This document shows, piece by piece, positions 50,674 through 62,864 of a stretch of 64,000 bases of DNA. Both the position numbers and the translations under genes were made by a program. The notes under the pieces were generated by a model, which worked only from the letters and a program-made list of their open reading frames with translations, was not told where the DNA came from and did no database searches. Each line of letters starts with the position of its first letter. The first letter of the stretch is position 1. Source of the stretch: Octopus bimaculoides (taxonomy: Eukaryota); contig NC_068982.1 of the NCBI RefSeq assembly GCF_001194135.2, positions 77,132,529 through 77,196,528 on the forward strand, read 5' to 3'.

Positions 50674-51887
50674 TCATAATGATCTGCAGACTCTAAAAGA
50701 CAATTTAGGAAAGTTACGCTCAGTGACAGTCGCCTTACAAAGAACAGAAATAGATTTGGGAGATGCTCGAATTCTTTTTGACGAAATTCTCACATTGTAT
50801 CCTTACGAGGAGTTTTTAAAATATTCGCTTCCATCGGCAGCTTTTGTGCACAGCCCAAATTTTGAAAGCGGAGTTGTGAACATTTTACAACATGCAGAAG
50901 TAGAGCTAACTGCGGATGAAGTGGCTGCTCTACATCAGCTGAAAGTGGTGACACACACNNNNNNNNNNNNNNNCAGTAGTGGCGCGTAGATAAAATTAGT
51001 GGGGGTGCTTGCTGCTTCAGAAAAATTTTAACCGTTGTTTTAGTATTGTGCAAAAGGAAACAAACATATAAAAAGAAAATTTATACATAAACTTGATTGG
51101 TTCGCGTTTTAGCCACTGCCAGGTAGTGGGTTTAATTTGTTCACTGATCACTGCCACGAATTCCCCCTTGTTTTTCAAAAATCCACCCCCTAAATCACAA
51201 AATAAGGGGGTGGAAATCTATACACGAGCCGCCACTGGTCACAACAGTCTGATTTACCTCTAGACGATGATAATTTTGTTTCAATTTGTTTGAAAAAGCA
51301 CAAAAGAGATAAAATTTCACCTCAGCAATATCTGAACTGTAGATTTTTGTTACCAACGTCCAACATCTTATAACGTTTCTTCAGCTCAGCAGGTTACACT
51401 TTTAATGATTTTCAGCAATACTTAACACCAATGAATTTAGAAATGCAATTATTTCTAAAAGTCAATCGCGCTCTCTGGGATAAAGACCTAGTTTCAGAAA
51501 TCTGCAATCGTTCATGACCTTTTTGCTATATTAGAACTCTTTCAACTAAAGACCTTCAATTTATTTGTTTTTCAACTACTGTACAATGTAGAGTATACAT
51601 GTTGTTTGTTCCCTATTCTAAATCAATAAAATTGAACTTTGAACGTTTTCTGATAATAAAGGTTTTTGAAACTATAAGGTGTGCCTTTTATTTTCCTATC
51701 ATTTTGGCTCTTATCTAAATCGAAGTTAACACTCCAAAATATATGGTGTTTTTGCGTTCGGCAAAATAATTGACAATTAATTGCAATTAATAGCAATAAT
51801 TGATTGGCCTGTATCCCAATTAAAATTAATTGACTGCCAAGAAAATAATTGATTGAAAAGATTCCAATCAATTATTTACAACCCCTG
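50674..51887 (+). mobile_element. hAT-like transposon 3' half (transposase pseudogene + right TIR)
   Basis: LKDNLGKLRSVTVALQ...IVHSPNFESGVV-type segment (50675-50958); after the MITE, RFLLPTSNIL*RFFSSAG...LTPMNLEMQLFLKVNRALWD...* (stop 51515-51517); AATTGA subterminal repeats; terminus TTATTTACAACCCCTG (5'-CAGGGG). Confidence 0.75.
50974..51237 (+). mobile_element. hAT-type MITE nested in the hAT transposase
   Basis: (C/T)AGTGGCGCGTAGA ... TACACGAGCCGCCACTG; second copy at 24988. Confidence 0.7.
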
Positions 51888-51890
51888 GCG

Positions 51891-52112
51891 CCTACCCTTA
51901 ACGTAGTTCTCAGGGAGATTCAGCGTGACACAGAATGTGACAAAGCCGAGTCTTTGAATTACAGATACAACTAATTTTTGCCAGCTGAGTGGAAAGGCAC
52001 AACGTGAAATAAAGTGTCTTGCTCAAGGACACAACGCACTGCTGGGAATCGAACTCACGATCTTACAATCGTTATCCAATTACTCTAACTACTAAGCGCC
52101 ACGCACCTTCAC
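51891..52112 (-). mobile_element. SINE family E copy with the family D tail
   Basis: GCGTGGCGCTTAGTAGTTAG head, GAGTTCGATTCCC; tail CTGAATCTCCCTGAGAACTACGTTAAGGGTA shared with 52265-52643. Confidence 0.7.
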
Positions 52113-52264
52113 ACTAGATATAGTAATGTTTACAAAACTACAAATCTGAATCTAAACAAAAGTACTGTAGGATCGATTCCAAGGAGTGTTCTGCTACAAG
52201 AAGTTTAAATGAGAATTTTTGTATACATCGTCATCATTCAGCTTTAAACTCTATACACACATAC

Positions 52265-52643
52265 ATGCACAATGTATAGTGATACTCCGTCTGTTACGAC
52301 GATGAAGGTTCCAATTGATCCGATCAACGGAACAGCCTGCTCGTGAAATTAACGTGCATTTGGCCGAGCACTGCACAGACACGTGTACCCTTAACGTAGT
52401 TCTTGGGGAGATTCAACGTGACACAGAGTGTGACAAGGATGGCCCTTTGAAATACAGGTACAACAGAAACAGGAAGAAAGAGTGAAAGTTGTGGTGAAAG
52501 AGTACAGCATGGTTCGCCCCCACCCCCTGTCGGAGCCTCGTGGAGCTTTAGGTGTTTTCGCTCAATAAACACTTACATCGCCCGGTTTGGGAATCGAAAC
52601 CGCGAGTCCGCTGCCCAAACCACTGGGCCGTTGCGCCTCCACA
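52265..52643 (-). mobile_element. tRNA-derived SINE family D, young copy
   Basis: GGAGGCGCAACGGCCCAGTGG head, GGTTTCGATTCCC B box, CpG retained. Confidence 0.75.
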
Positions 52644-53585
52644 CAATATATAATATATGCATGAATTCATACGAACACACACACACACACATACACACAC
52701 AAACAAACAATGTGTGTGTGTGTGTGTGTGTGTGCGTGCGTGCGCGCGCTTTGCATGTGTGTGTGTAAAATTAAAGGTGCAGAAACGACGTACTCCGAAG
52801 GAATTTAAAGGTAACGTAATCTAAGGGTAGAGTAAGAAATCCACGAATCAGGTACTCCACATCAGTTGGAAGTATGCGGACAGTGAGTGTGAGTATGCAG
52901 TAAATAGCTAATTCAAATAAACGAATGTGCATAAGAAATGTATTAGCTTGACGCTNNNNNNNNNNNNNNNNNNNNNNNNNNNNNNNNNNNNNNNNNNNNN
53001 NNNNNNNNNNNNNNNNNNNNNNNNNNNNNNNNNNNNNNNNNNNNNNNNNNNNNNNNNNNNNNNNNNNNNNNNNNNNNNNNNNNNNNNNNNNNNNNNNNNN
53101 NNNNNNNNNNNNNNNNNNNNNNNNNNNNNNNNNNNNNNNNNNNNNNNNNNNNNNNNNNNNNNNNNNNNNNNNNNNNNNNNNNNNNNNNNNNNNNNNNNNN
53201 NNNNNNNNNNNNNNNNNNNNNNNNNNNNNNNNNNNNNNNNNNNNNNNNNNNNNNNNNNNNNNNNNNNNNNNNNNNNNNNNNNNNNNNNNNNNNNNNNNNN
53301 NNNNNNNNNNNNNNNNNNNNNNNNNNNNNNNNNNNNNNNNNNNNNNTAATGTTTCAAGCGAGGGTGGATGAGTATATACATATAGGCGCATGTACGTGGG
53401 TGTGCGGGTGCGCATGTGTATGTATGGAATGGTGCGCTTACGCTAATACTATGGACATTTTTACTCCCTTACCTTTGCTCCCTCCCCTCACTTAGCGGTC
53501 ATTCTAATAGCTCTTTTGTCTTAATAACGGTCAACCACAGTACTTTCCCTTTGTTTAACGGTCATTTTCATAGCAATTTTCAATG

Positions 53586-53655
53586 GCCAGATAACTGAAG
53601 AGATGGCGGCGTGGGTTTCCGCCCCGGCATCCGAAACTCGGAGTTTTATCATGGC
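53586..53655 (+). ncRNA. Type I hammerhead ribozyme (minimal, PLE-type)
   Basis: Stem I GCCA-GATAA / TTATC-a-TGGC; core CTGAAGA; stem II GATG(GCGG)/(CCGC)..CATC-c; GAAA; stem III CTC-g-GAG; predicted cleavage GUU| between 53645 and 53646. Confidence 0.8.
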
Positions 53656-54954
53656 TACCGAATAATTGTCACATATTTTTACAGATAAATTCCTCTATTT
53701 ACATAATATCGAGGTCTCTTTCTTTCTTTTGTTGTCTTTTCTATCAATATATATATATATATACATAAAAGTTACAAGCTTATATACCGAATGATGTGTA
53801 CAAAGATACTCGATTAATTTATAAATATTTTCTTGTAGCAATACACTCCTTGGAATCGATCCTACAGTGTCGGCAAAAGAGACCAACAGAATGAGTACCA
53901 GGCTTGAAAAAAAAAAAAGGACTTGAGTCAATTCATTTGACTAAAAATTCCTCAAAGCGGTGCCCCAGTATGGCCGCGGTCTAATGATTGAAACAGGTAA
54001 AATATTTCGAAACTCACCAGAATTGGTCTTAAATTCGGAAGTGGTCTTATTTCGCTGTTAGACCGTTAAAAGACATTTATTTTTTTGCTTTTCTCTCGCT
54101 ATTTGTAGTCCTTCCAGCCCTCTCTTGCACATACCATATACAAGACAGCAAATACAGTTTACGTGGCCTTTCCTCTCTCATATATATTATACAAATATTA
54201 CACAACAGATATTATGCCTTTAAAAATGTTTTAAAATGTTCGTGCTTATGTTCAATTGAGTGAACTTTTCTCCCAATCATTGTAACGGCCTTCTGATACT
54301 AAAATGACAACAATAAATATGTTTTTAAAAACGTTACTACCTTCAGCTTTCAATATGCAGTGTTCCAACAACACTATTTTTTTGTCGATGTTTATTCTAT
54401 GTTTTTCCCTCTTCGTCGGAGACAGAAAAACGAAACAAAACCTAGCAGTAATTGTTAGCAGCTCTCAAAGAAAAGAGGAAATTATTTCATGAAACTAACA
54501 ATCGATTTTACGAAATAAATGTAGATATTTAGGAAGTTCAAGGGGGACCGATCTTTGTAAGGAAGTGATGTGACAACTACAGTTATGTTTCGGCCTCATT
54601 CACCCTCGTCGGTGAAACATTAACAGCTGACAAAAGTTTTGACATTACAGATGAATTACGAAGATCTTTGGCCTATTGGAGACGAGCTAGGAAAATTGGA
54701 TGTAGTGGTAATCAAGCTGAATGGCTCCGTGGTCATCACACGAAGACAAACTTTCCGGCGTAGTGCCGCCAACATCCTAAGAGTCATCAAATGTTACGTA
54801 TCTTTAGCCCAAGACACAGATCAGCTCTGTAGACCTACCATTCTATCGACTTGGACAGGTATTGCAGAAATATTATTATATATATGTTGCCACGTCAGAA
54901 AATATCAGTCGCTACTGGAAGAGTTGTCTCGAAATCGACGAGCGTCCTATATAA

Positions 54955-55086
54955 GGAGGGAGAAAGAATGAAAGATAGAGAGAAGGAGAGAAAGAGAGAG
55001 ATATGAGTAGAAGGGACAGAAAGAGAAAGATAGAAAAATAGATAGTGGGATGGGAAGGAGAGAGAAGGAAGAATTGATGTGGCACG

Positions 55087-55177
<91 letters not shown>

Positions 55178-55410
55178 GCAGGGAGGTGGTGTAAGAATGT
55201 GGTAAGGAGAATGAAAGAGAGCGGGGGAAGCAAAAGAGTGTGTCAAGTAGAAATTAGAGACGGATAAATGGAGAGAGAGAAAGAGACAGGCAGATTGAGA
55301 GATAGACACAAAGAAATACAGACAAGATGAGAAACAGAGAGGGAGACAGAGACAAAGAGAGAGAACGACAGAGAGAATGAAAGAGAGAAAGAGAGAACGA
55401 CAGAGAGAAT

Positions 55411-55440
<30 letters not shown>
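54955..55440. repeat. (GA)n microsatellite and purine-rich tract
   Basis: Pure (GA)n at about 55088-55171 plus degenerate flanks. Confidence 0.9.
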
Positions 55441-55444
<4 letters not shown>

Positions 55445-56146
55445 TGAGGTTCTCCGGTGGTTTTAAACGGAAGTTGGAGGAGCCAAACACATCTCAGTCC
55501 CGTGAGAGTGATAGTTTATTGAATCAATGAACTTTACGAAGTTGTGAGTATTTCCGGTAACCCCCAGAGGCTGGGGATTACTTTTAATAGAAGGCTTTGT
55601 CAACATGTCACCCCTACTAATAATAAAGGGGCTGTTATCTGGAAATAATTCTGATAGTATCCATTAATTTCTTAACACGCTGCATAACTTTCCCCCTTTT
55701 TCCTTCTGGAAAATCGACGTCGTCATTATTGTCGTTAATGTTGTTGTTGTTGTTTTGCGAGTTGTTTTTGCGACTGATTCCTGTTGCAAAATGTTTTGAC
55801 ATTTAACTGTAACTAGTCACTTCTTGAACTGTTTAAGCACGTTTCACAGCTCTTTAGTGAACCTAAATAATAACTTAGGCTGTGTGTGTGTGTTTGTATT
55901 TGTTTGAGTAGGTTATGTGTCTGTGTGTGCTCTGTGGCCATGCGGGTGCCTGTGTAGACAGTCATACATGCATTTACTTGCACACACAACTGTTAGTGTG
56001 TGTTTATTGCTGGGACGATCAACAAGCCTTCAAAATAAACTTGACCGTTGAAAAAAAAAATTGAAGGTAGATTTTTCAACATGCTTCGAATTAGTTACAA
56101 CCGAATGAATGTAACTACTAAAATAATAACAATAATAATAATAATG

Positions 56147-56192
<46 letters not shown>

Positions 56193-56483
56193 GGTACTAC
56201 TAAAGCAGCACGGTCCCGAACGCGCAGTCGCGCGTCCGCGCTAGCTAGTCGTGAGTGGTCGATCCTAGCCCTGACCCTGTCCCTAACCCTAACCCTAACC
56301 CTAACCCTGTCCCTAACCCTAACCCTAACCCTATCCCTAACCCTAACCCTAACCCTAACCCGCGTGTGTAAATGACTACGTGTTTAGGGTTAGGGTTAGG
56401 GTTAGGATTAGGATCGACCACTCACGACTAGCTAGCGCGGACGCGCGACTGCGCGTTCGGGACCGTGCTGCTTTAGTAGTACC
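56193..56483. mobile_element. Non-autonomous DNA transposon with perfect 75-bp TIRs and internal telomeric repeats (Merlin-like)
   Basis: TIRs 56193-56267 and 56409-56483 are exact reverse complements starting GGTAC; interior is (CCCTAA)n, a 22-bp spacer, then (TTAGGG)n; flanked by (AAT)n. Confidence 0.85.
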
Positions 56484-56599
56484 AATAATAATAATGATAA
56501 TGTTGTTATCCTCGTTGTTATCAGAGTTAACATGTAGAAAATATTTGGCGTGCATATTCTAGGGAGATAGTTTGTTATCATTGTTGTTTGTGATGTGTA

Positions 56600-57690
56600 T
56601 GATACTCCTTACACAGATAATACAGAGAGTAACATCAGGGTACACCTTGAAAAAGGGGAGAAAAGTTGAATCACTTGTATATGATTGACTTAAAGGTCTT
56701 CGGAAAGAGTGATCGTGAAATAAATAGTTTGATTTCAACAGTAATGTGATATGGCGCAGATGTTAGATGAACAAAGAACGAGCTTGAGGAAATAGATAGA
56801 AAGTCCAGGAAAGTGATGACAATAAACAAGGAACTGCACTCTAAAAGCAATGTCGATAGATTGTAAGTGTCTAAAGACAAGGGAGAAAGTGGGTTCATAG
56901 GATGCACGATGTATGTTATCAATGAGGAAAACAGTCAGGGATAGTAAGCTAAACAGCAGATTGAACCTTTGGTTGTTACTGTTAGAAATAGCAACACGAT
57001 ACCGAGTGAAAATATAACACATCTAAAAGAATTTAAGAAGCAAGATGGAGAGCAAAGATTGAACAACTGGAAAATGAAAGTGGTGCATATGAGAAATGGA
57101 AGGGATGGACAAAATAAATACTTGGAGGTGGCTGAGGAAAAGTGATCTGAAAGGATGCTCTGGGGCATTGATATGCAGCACTCAGGAACAAGCTCTGAGC
57201 ATCACCCTTTTGAAGGATGTGTGGCATCAAAACTGAAATAGTCTTACATATTGTGAGTCAGTGTAGCAAATTGACTACAAAGGAATACAAGGGGAGGCAA
57301 AATAATGTGGCTAAGTATGCTCATTGGAGATTGCTAGAAAGGACATTGAAATGATACGAGCATAAGCCAGAACTTACCACCGATAACGATGAATATAAGA
57401 CCTTGTGGGATTTCACCATCCAGTGTGATTCAGTGATTGATCCTCGGAGACTAGACATTGTTGTAGTTGATAAAATGACGAAGGAAACCTAGATCAGGGA
57501 TATTGCCATAGCTGGTGATGTACGAGTGGATGATAAAGAACTGGAAAAGATCGAGGAGTACAAACCACTAAAAAATGAGATTGCACAAATGTGGACAATG
57601 AAGACAGTAACTTTCACCCAAGTGATTGTAGGAGCATTAACAACCGGGTTAAAGAAATCTGTTGGAGACATGGAAATTGGCATGAAAAGA
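56600..57690 (+). mobile_element. R4/Dong-like fragment (RT 5-7 through RLE), decayed
   Basis: LNHLYMIDLKVFGK, ELHSKSNVDRL, YKTLWDFTIQCDSVIDPRRLDIVVVDK..DIAIAGD. Confidence 0.8.
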
Positions 57691-58261
57691 CCGTCCAATG
57701 GTTAGGATGTTGCACTTACTGTCGTTGAATCGTGGTTTGATTCTCGGACAGGGCGGTATGTTGTGTCCATGAGCAAAATACTTCATTTCAAGTTGGTCCA
57801 GTTCATTCAGCTGTAAATGAGTAACTGTACACTGGACAGGCGTCCCGTTCAGGGGAAATATTGTGATCTTGATCACTTATACACCAGGGAAACCAGGTAT
57901 CTGACTATGAATCTTAGAACTTGAGATAGTAATGTTCAGAGGTTGATGACGATGATGATGATGATGACGACGACGACGACGACGATGATGATGAATGAAG
58001 AGTACGGTCACATTGTAGAATTCGGGGTGGGGGTGGGGGAAAGCTGCAATCGTGGAAATACCAGTTTCAAAAAGGAAATTACACGTACTCTCTCACTTCC
58101 GGAAGAAAGCAAATCACAAGTTTACTGGCATTTTTTGTGATTATGGTACAAGAATTAAGACTTTAAAATGTCCATTTTGTTCAGCTCGTTTTCGCTAACG
58201 GGTAAATTACTTTAAAGTGTCAGCTCCTCCGTTTGTTGTGGAAATGGTCACCTCTTATCTT

Positions 58262-58445
58262 TTAATTGTTTGTCATTGGAATGCGGCCATGCTGGGGCAC
58301 TGCCTCCAAGAGTTTAGTCGAACGAATCGACCCCAGTACTTATTTTTTAAGCGTGGTACTTATTCTATTGCTCTCTGAACTGAACTGCTAAGTTATAGGG
58401 ACGTGAAAAACGCCAAGGTATGCGTGTTTGTGGGAACAAACACAA

Positions 58446-58485
<40 letters not shown>

Positions 58486-58494
58486 ACACACGAT

Positions 58495-58531
<37 letters not shown>

Positions 58532-58700
58532 TTACACACACACGATGGGTTTCAACACAATTTCTATCTATCAGATTCACTCACAAAGCATTGATCTGCC
58601 TGGAGCTAAGTAGAAGACACTTGTCCAAGGTGTCACGCAGTTGAACAGAACTTGAAATCTCGTGGTTGCAAAAGAATCTTCTTAACCACACACCGATACC
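58262..58700 (-). mobile_element. SINE family A copy with (CT)n expansions
   Basis: Reverse complement of the family A core and tail. Confidence 0.65.
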
Positions 58701-59970
58701 TGCACCAATGTAAAGGTTATTAAAGGTTTTCCTTTTCGAATAAGAATCTTTCCATCTTCATTATTTTACTCTTTTAAACTATTTTACTCATTCAAATGAA
58801 ATGAAAGAAAAAAAATAATGGCATCTGTGCGAGCAAATATTTTTGAAAATAATGCGAAACCCATCAAGAAACATTTGAGAACAAAAGTGACTGATGCCAA
58901 TCTGAGTAAAGTCTTGTTATTGGAGCTAAAAATTAAACACCCAAGATAGAGGTTTCTAAAAGCTAACTCACCCGGGATTCCCTAACGATAATGTAACCTT
59001 CATATAATTAAGGTATCTTCAGTCACAGGAGTAGCCAGCTGAGTACCCTTGGTCGAGTAATTATTACATTAGAGGATCAGCTAGCTTGGAAACATATATA
59101 GCCTGGATTTTAGCTGCTCCATTCCCTCAATTTGGATGTCTGTCTGTCTCTGTCTCTCTGTCTGTCTCTGTCTGTCTGTCTCTGCCTGTCTGTCTCTGTC
59201 TGTCTGTCTCTGTCTGTCTGTCTCTGTCTGTCTGTCTCTCTCTCTATATATATATGCTAGAAAGAGGTCATCAACGACCCAACCACAAAGAAAAATAATG
59301 TTCTCCAGAAACAAATTCAGCAAAACACCAGAGCATAGGCGGGCAAGACAAAATGAAAAATATACAAAATAAAGAATTAATTGTGTACCGGTTTCGCCAT
59401 CAACTTTTTTACTTGCGTAAAAAGGTCTGTGGTTCGTCAGCACAACAGATAGAATATTTGTGTGAGATATGGCTGGTTTAAATGCTTATGGGTGAAAGTG
59501 ATCTAAACTAAAACCATCCAGCAAAATTTCACATTAATTTATGNNNNNNNNNNNNNNNNNNNNNNNNNNNNNNNNNNNNNNNNNNNNNNNNNNNNNNNNN
59601 NNNNNNNNNNNNNNNNNNNNNNNNNNNNNNNNNNNNNNNNNNNNNNNNNNNNNNNNNNNNNNNNNNNNNNNNNNNNNNNNNNNNNNNNNNNNNNNNNNNN
59701 NNNNNNNNNNNNNNNNNNNNNNNNNNNNNNNNNNNNNNNNNNNNNNNNNNNNNNNNNNNNNNNNNNNNNNNNNNNNNNNNNNNNNNNNNNNNNNNNNNNN
59801 NNNNNNNNNNNNNNNNNNNNNNNNNNNNNNNNNNNNNNNNNNNNNNNNNNNNNNNNNNNNNNNNNNNNNNNNNNNNNNNNNNNNNNNNNNNNNNNNNNNN
59901 NNNNNNNNNNNNNNNNNNNNNNNNNNNNNNNNNNNNNNNNNNNNNNNNNNNNNNNNNNNNNNNNNNNNNN

Positions 59971-60011
<41 letters not shown>

Positions 60012-60811
60012 AATAGAAGAGTAAAACAAACGCAAAATATCATAGCTTGGAAACATACCGACAGATTTAAACACAAACATCGATATGTGACCTTGATATT
60101 AAGATGCAAAACCAAGAGTTATTGTTGACAGAAGCAAATGCACACCCGCACAAGTAGAATTACACGAGTTTTTGTATACAAATATGATATTTTGATAGAT
60201 ATGAAACAACAATAGCAATCAAAAAGAATGGCTCAATGCCAAAATTACTGCAAGAGGAACAGAAATACGTAAACATAAATAAGTAAAAAAAATACATTAA
60301 GTAGTAAAGAACTACAGAGAGAAACATTAATGTCAGCTATACGTAAGTACGTGGGTAGATTTGTTTACGAATGCAATGTTCACGTGCACACACAAACAGA
60401 CGCACGTTCACACATACATACATACATGCATACATACATACATACATGCTTCCAGACATACATATGTACCTGTATTTACACACACACACTCACACACACA
60501 CACACATAATTGAAGTACAATATTATATATTTTCGAACCATATACGGCCAATGAAAGTTAGCGCAGTTTCATGTGAAATCACACTTATCTAAGCTGGAAG
60601 CATGATTAAACAATCGTCAGACATGGTTGACCTGAAAAGTATATTCCATTCATTCATTCATTGATTCTGTCTGTCTGTAACGTGCGTTTAGTAGCTCTTA
60701 TGCTGTTGCATGTCTACACACATATTATTTATTATCCCTCAAAGTGTTTCCAGATGTGAGTATACATGCGGAACACCTTTCTACGCAGGATTAATAAAAT
60801 AATGATAATAG

Positions 60812-61318
60812 CCTATAGAGAGCAAAGAAGTGGTATGAGAAAACCCCAGAAGGAGTCACCGAGAATGAGAATTGCAAAATCCTGTGGAATGCAATGATTC
60901 AGTGCGAAAACCTGACCAGACATCGGAAACTGGACATTGTTGTGGAGAAAAAAAGAGAAAGAACATGCATGATAATCGATATAGCATACCACGGTGACAA
61001 CAGGATCAAGGAGAAACAAGAAAAAAATAAGCAGCTATAACAATTTGAAGTGGAAAATATGAAAGTTGTGGTCAATGAGTGGGAGTAGACATGGTACTAA
61101 TAGTAATTGGCGCACTTGGAAGTATCAGCACTCAACTACCAACATGGCTGAAGAAGATTGGTGCAAGTGTGAAGGTAGAACACCCGCAAAAATCAGCAAT
61201 GCTTAGAACTGAAAGAATTCTTCGCAGGATTCTTGAAGCATGACCAGTAAACAAGTGTCACCTTAGTCTGTTGCTTGTGGACAGCTGACACTTTCCATCA
61301 TATCCAGCAAAATAATAA
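60812..61318 (+). mobile_element. R4/Dong-like 3' fragment
   Basis: KILWNAMIQ...KLDIVVEKK...MIIDIAYHGD...VIGALG...ILRRILEA*; ends CAGCAAAATAATAAT. Confidence 0.8.
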
Positions 61319-61470
61319 TCCTTCCCACTATAGGCACAAGGCCTGAAATTTGGGGGAGATGGCTAGTCGATTACATCGACCCAGTACTCGACTAGTACTT
61401 AATTTATCGACTCTGAAAGGATAAAAGGCAAAGTCGACCTCAGCGGAATTTGAACTCAGAACGTAGGGAC
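61318..61470 (-). mobile_element. Nin-like SINE copy
   Basis: GAGTTCAAATTCCGCTGAGGTCGACTTTGCCTTT...AAATTAAGTACTAG on minus. Confidence 0.75.
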
Positions 61471-61535
61471 AGTCGAAATTTGCTTGTCAATTGTGGAAGT
61501 GTTATCTTGTACAAAGCAAAAGCCAAATATATAAT

Positions 61536-61615
<80 letters not shown>

Positions 61616-62864
61616 TAACCCTTTCTACTATAGGCACAAAGCGTGAAATTTTCTGGGGGAAAAAACTAGTTGACGTCGACTTCAGTGTTTCCCTGGTACT
61701 TAATATAATAATAGTATAGCTCTCATGGATTCTGATCTTAACTGATTGGAAGTGTTATCATGTACATTGTTTTGCCTTGGTATAAAAGATGGGCTACAGC
61801 AAATATTCTGCTCAATACCACAGATTTGCTTGTCAGTTGTTTGACCTTAACCAGTTGAGCATGTCCCTTGGTGGCTGACGATATGTGTATCTCTGATCAT
61901 GAGCAGAAGTAGTGGGGGAGCATNNNNNNNNNNNNNNNNNNNNNNNNNNNNNNNNNNNNNNNNNNNNNNNNNNNNNNNNNNNNNNNNNNNNNNNNNNNNN
62001 NNNNNNNNNNNNNNNNNNNNNNNNNNNNNNNNNNNNNNNNNNNNNNNNNNNNNNNNNNNNNNNNNNNNNNNNNNNNNNNNNNNNNNNNNNNNNNNNNNNN
62101 NNNNNNNNNNNNNNNNNNNNNNNNNNNNNNNNNNNNNNNNNNNNNNNNNNNNNNNNNNNNNNNNNNNNNNNNNNNNNNNNNNNNNNNNNNNNNNNNNNNN
62201 NNNNNNNNNNNNNNNNNNNNNNNNNNNNNNNNNNNNNNNNNNNNNNNNNNNNNNNNNNNNNNNNNNNNNNNNNNNNNNNNNNNNNNNNNNNNNNNNNNNN
62301 NNNNNNNNNNTTACATTAAGAAAAAAACGTTATGGACAATACAGGACAAAACAAAGAATGTGTGCATGTATGTGTGTGAGTGTGTGTGAGTGTGTGTTGT
62401 GAGGGTTTCGCGTGTAAATAAGACCAACAAAATTTTTGAAAATCAACATTTTGTGATCCTTAATAGGGAAGAGATGTTCGAGGACTGTTCATGGAAAAAC
62501 CCCATAAAAAAAACATGGATACCTTGACTTTTGGAGCAGGTGCCTTTTCCCTTTCTTTTTTTCTTTTTCCAACTACAGGCGTATGCTCAGGGCAGGCCCG
62601 TTCACTCGCACCATTCTCGCCACTTTCATCCACCTTTCAGCAAACTGGCTAGAAGACAATACTTCCCTTTCTACCCTCATTTTCCTTTTCAAGTGAAACT
62701 TGAAGAAGTTGATCAGAGATTGGCCAAAGAGAAAAGTGTGTCTTCAGCCCCTTCAATCTCGTCCACCATATCTGGGCAGTTGCGGTGGTCAGATATAGTG
62801 CGTCCATCCTCAAATGAACTAAGGAGGAAATATCAACACTGGATAGAAGGACGAGAAAGTTGAT

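Noticed and set aside
56263-56413. Ancient telomere-telomere fusion or true chromosome end
   Set aside because: The orientation is CCCTAA then TTAGGG (a fusion gives the reverse), the array is short, and it is enclosed by perfect TIRs.
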